DNA of 61,751 nucleotides, counting the filler. It is 6 parts of 6 records of this genome, joined end to end, with 100 filler letters (N's around TTAATTAATTAA, not from the genome) between each part and the next. Parts side by side here need not be neighbours in the genome. Positions count along the whole stretch, not along the records: positions 54,714 to 61,751 come from DRR723986_7512; 5 more parts are not named here. One strand, written 5' to 3'. The first letter of the stretch is position 1. Each line of letters opens with the position of its first letter. Positions 60,738 through 61,751 of the stretch are shown here, piece by piece. The translations under genes and the position numbers were made by a program. The notes below the pieces were generated by a model that ran no database searches, was not told where the DNA came from, and saw only the letters and a program-made list of their open reading frames with translations.

Positions 60738-61478
60738 ATGCCGACACGTGAAGACACCATCGAAGATCTCGCCCAGCGTCTGCGCCGGGCCCATGCGACC
60801 GGGGAACGGGCCCGGGTGGACCCGGACCTCGCGCCGTCCTACGCGGAGGCGCTCGACCTTCAGCGCCGCGTCCTGCCCGAACTCGGAGAGGTCAGCGGCT
60901 TCAAGGTCGGTGCCTTGCTGCCGGGGCAGCCTGCGATGGCACCGATCCCCGCGGCCCGGACATTTGGCAACGGGGCGGAGGTTCCGGCGCGGGGCGCCAC
61001 CGGGATCGAGCTGGAAATCGGCTTCGAGGTCATAGCACCCCCTGCCGCCGGCCTGCACGACAGCCCGCAGGCCTACTTTCGCCCGAGGATCGTGCTGGAA
61101 CTCTGCGACCAGCGCCTCGAGGGCGACGCGCTCGATCCGTTGCTCAAGCTGGCCGACATGCAGTTGAACGACGGTCTCGTGGTCGGTTCGGCGTTGCCCG
61201 ACTGGGACGGACGCGATTTCGGCGAGGTCGAGGCCCGGCTGACCTGCGGGGCGACCACCGTGATCGACGGCCCGGTCGAGGTGCCGGGCGGATCGGCGCT
61301 GGGCAACCTGTGGACCTTGCTGGACCACCTCGGCCCCCATTGCGGCGGGATCGCCGTGGGTCACATCATCATCACGGGGTCGGTCTCGGGCCTGACGTGG
61401 TTTCCTCCGGGCACCGACATCGAAGCGCGCATAGCGGGCTTTGCTCCCCTGACCTGCCGGATCGTCGGCGGGCGATAG
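60738..61478 (+). CDS. 2-keto-4-pentenoate hydratase-like (FAH superfamily) protein
   Basis: GFKVG, IELEIGF, ELCDQR, LAD...N.GLVVG, GHIIITGS. Confidence 0.8.
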   Translation: MPTREDTIEDLAQRLRRAHATGERARVDPDLAPSYAEALDLQRRVLPELGEVSGFKVGALLPGQPAMAPIPAARTFGNGAEVPARGATGIELEIGFEVIAPPAAGLHDSPQAYFRPRIVLELCDQRLEGDALDPLLKLADMQLNDGLVVGSALPDWDGRDFGEVEARLTCGATTVIDGPVEVPGGSALGNLWTLLDHLGPHCGGIAVGHIIITGSVSGLTWFPPGTDIEARIAGFAPLTCRIVGGR

Positions 61479-61479
61479 C

Positions 61480-61751
61480 TCAGGGCCGGTCGCGGGCCTC
61501 GTCGAGCAGCGCGCGGGTCCGGTCCGACAGGTATTCCGCAACCAGCCGCGCCGCCCGAGACAGGGGGCGGCGCGCGTCGATGGCGACGGAGATCGTCGGC
61601 GGCACGAGGCCCGCGTCTCGCAGGGGCAGGAAGACCAGCCGCCCGTCGCGCAGTTCCGGCAGGACGTCCAACTCGGACGTGATCATCGCCACGTCACCGC
61701 CCAGCAACGCCCGCTTGAGCACTTGCAGCGAGTTCGACGCCAGCACCGGGC
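61480..61751 (-). CDS. LysR-family regulator, 3' fragment
   Basis: SNSLQVLKRALLGG...TSELDVLPELRDGRLVFLPL...PLSRAA; resembles the C-terminus of the 59712 LysR. Confidence 0.78.
   Translation of the reverse strand, partial: PVLASNSLQVLKRALLGGDVAMITSELDVLPELRDGRLVFLPLRDAGLVPPTISVAIDARRPLSRAARLVAEYLSDRTRALLDEARDRP

Overview
This window is not one replicon. It is six unrelated contigs joined by five artificial 100-nt spacers (N44-TTAATTAATTAA-N44). (1) 1-14720: Rhodobacteraceae-type phenylacetate catabolic cluster (paaZ, hydratase/dehydrogenase, paaGIK, TetR PaaR, DMT, LysR, extra PaaA/C-like gene, paaEDCBA, thiolase) with two PaaR-like operators. (2) 14821-26895: high-GC alphaproteobacterial contig with cobU-cobT-cobS, a palindrome mini-array, glpK, a response regulator, a twin-SBP hybrid kinase, a CheB-CheR-PAS fusion, a hypothetical gene and an HpcH aldolase. 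(3) 26996-34324: a spliced eukaryotic (protist-like) gene for a giant LamG-13xFN3-LRR-Cys-rich-IPT surface protein. (4) 34425-42542: purL, exported cyclase with tandem operators, Ca/Na antiporter, MocR/DUF1127, peroxiredoxin-like/AraC pair and a REP-like element. (5) 42643-54613: Roseobacter-type core region (pyrG, secG, candidate sRNA, Co-type nitrile hydratase, purA, acidic protein, thiamine diphosphokinase, PleD-like DGC, HAD, mttB-like). (6) 54714-61751: 3' end of a ZorB-like OmpA/MotB gene with no downstream effector, then a uraD-TRAP-'cysteine-less racemase' operon with two paralogous LysRs and an FAH-family hydratase. All calls come from reading motifs by eye; no database searches were run.
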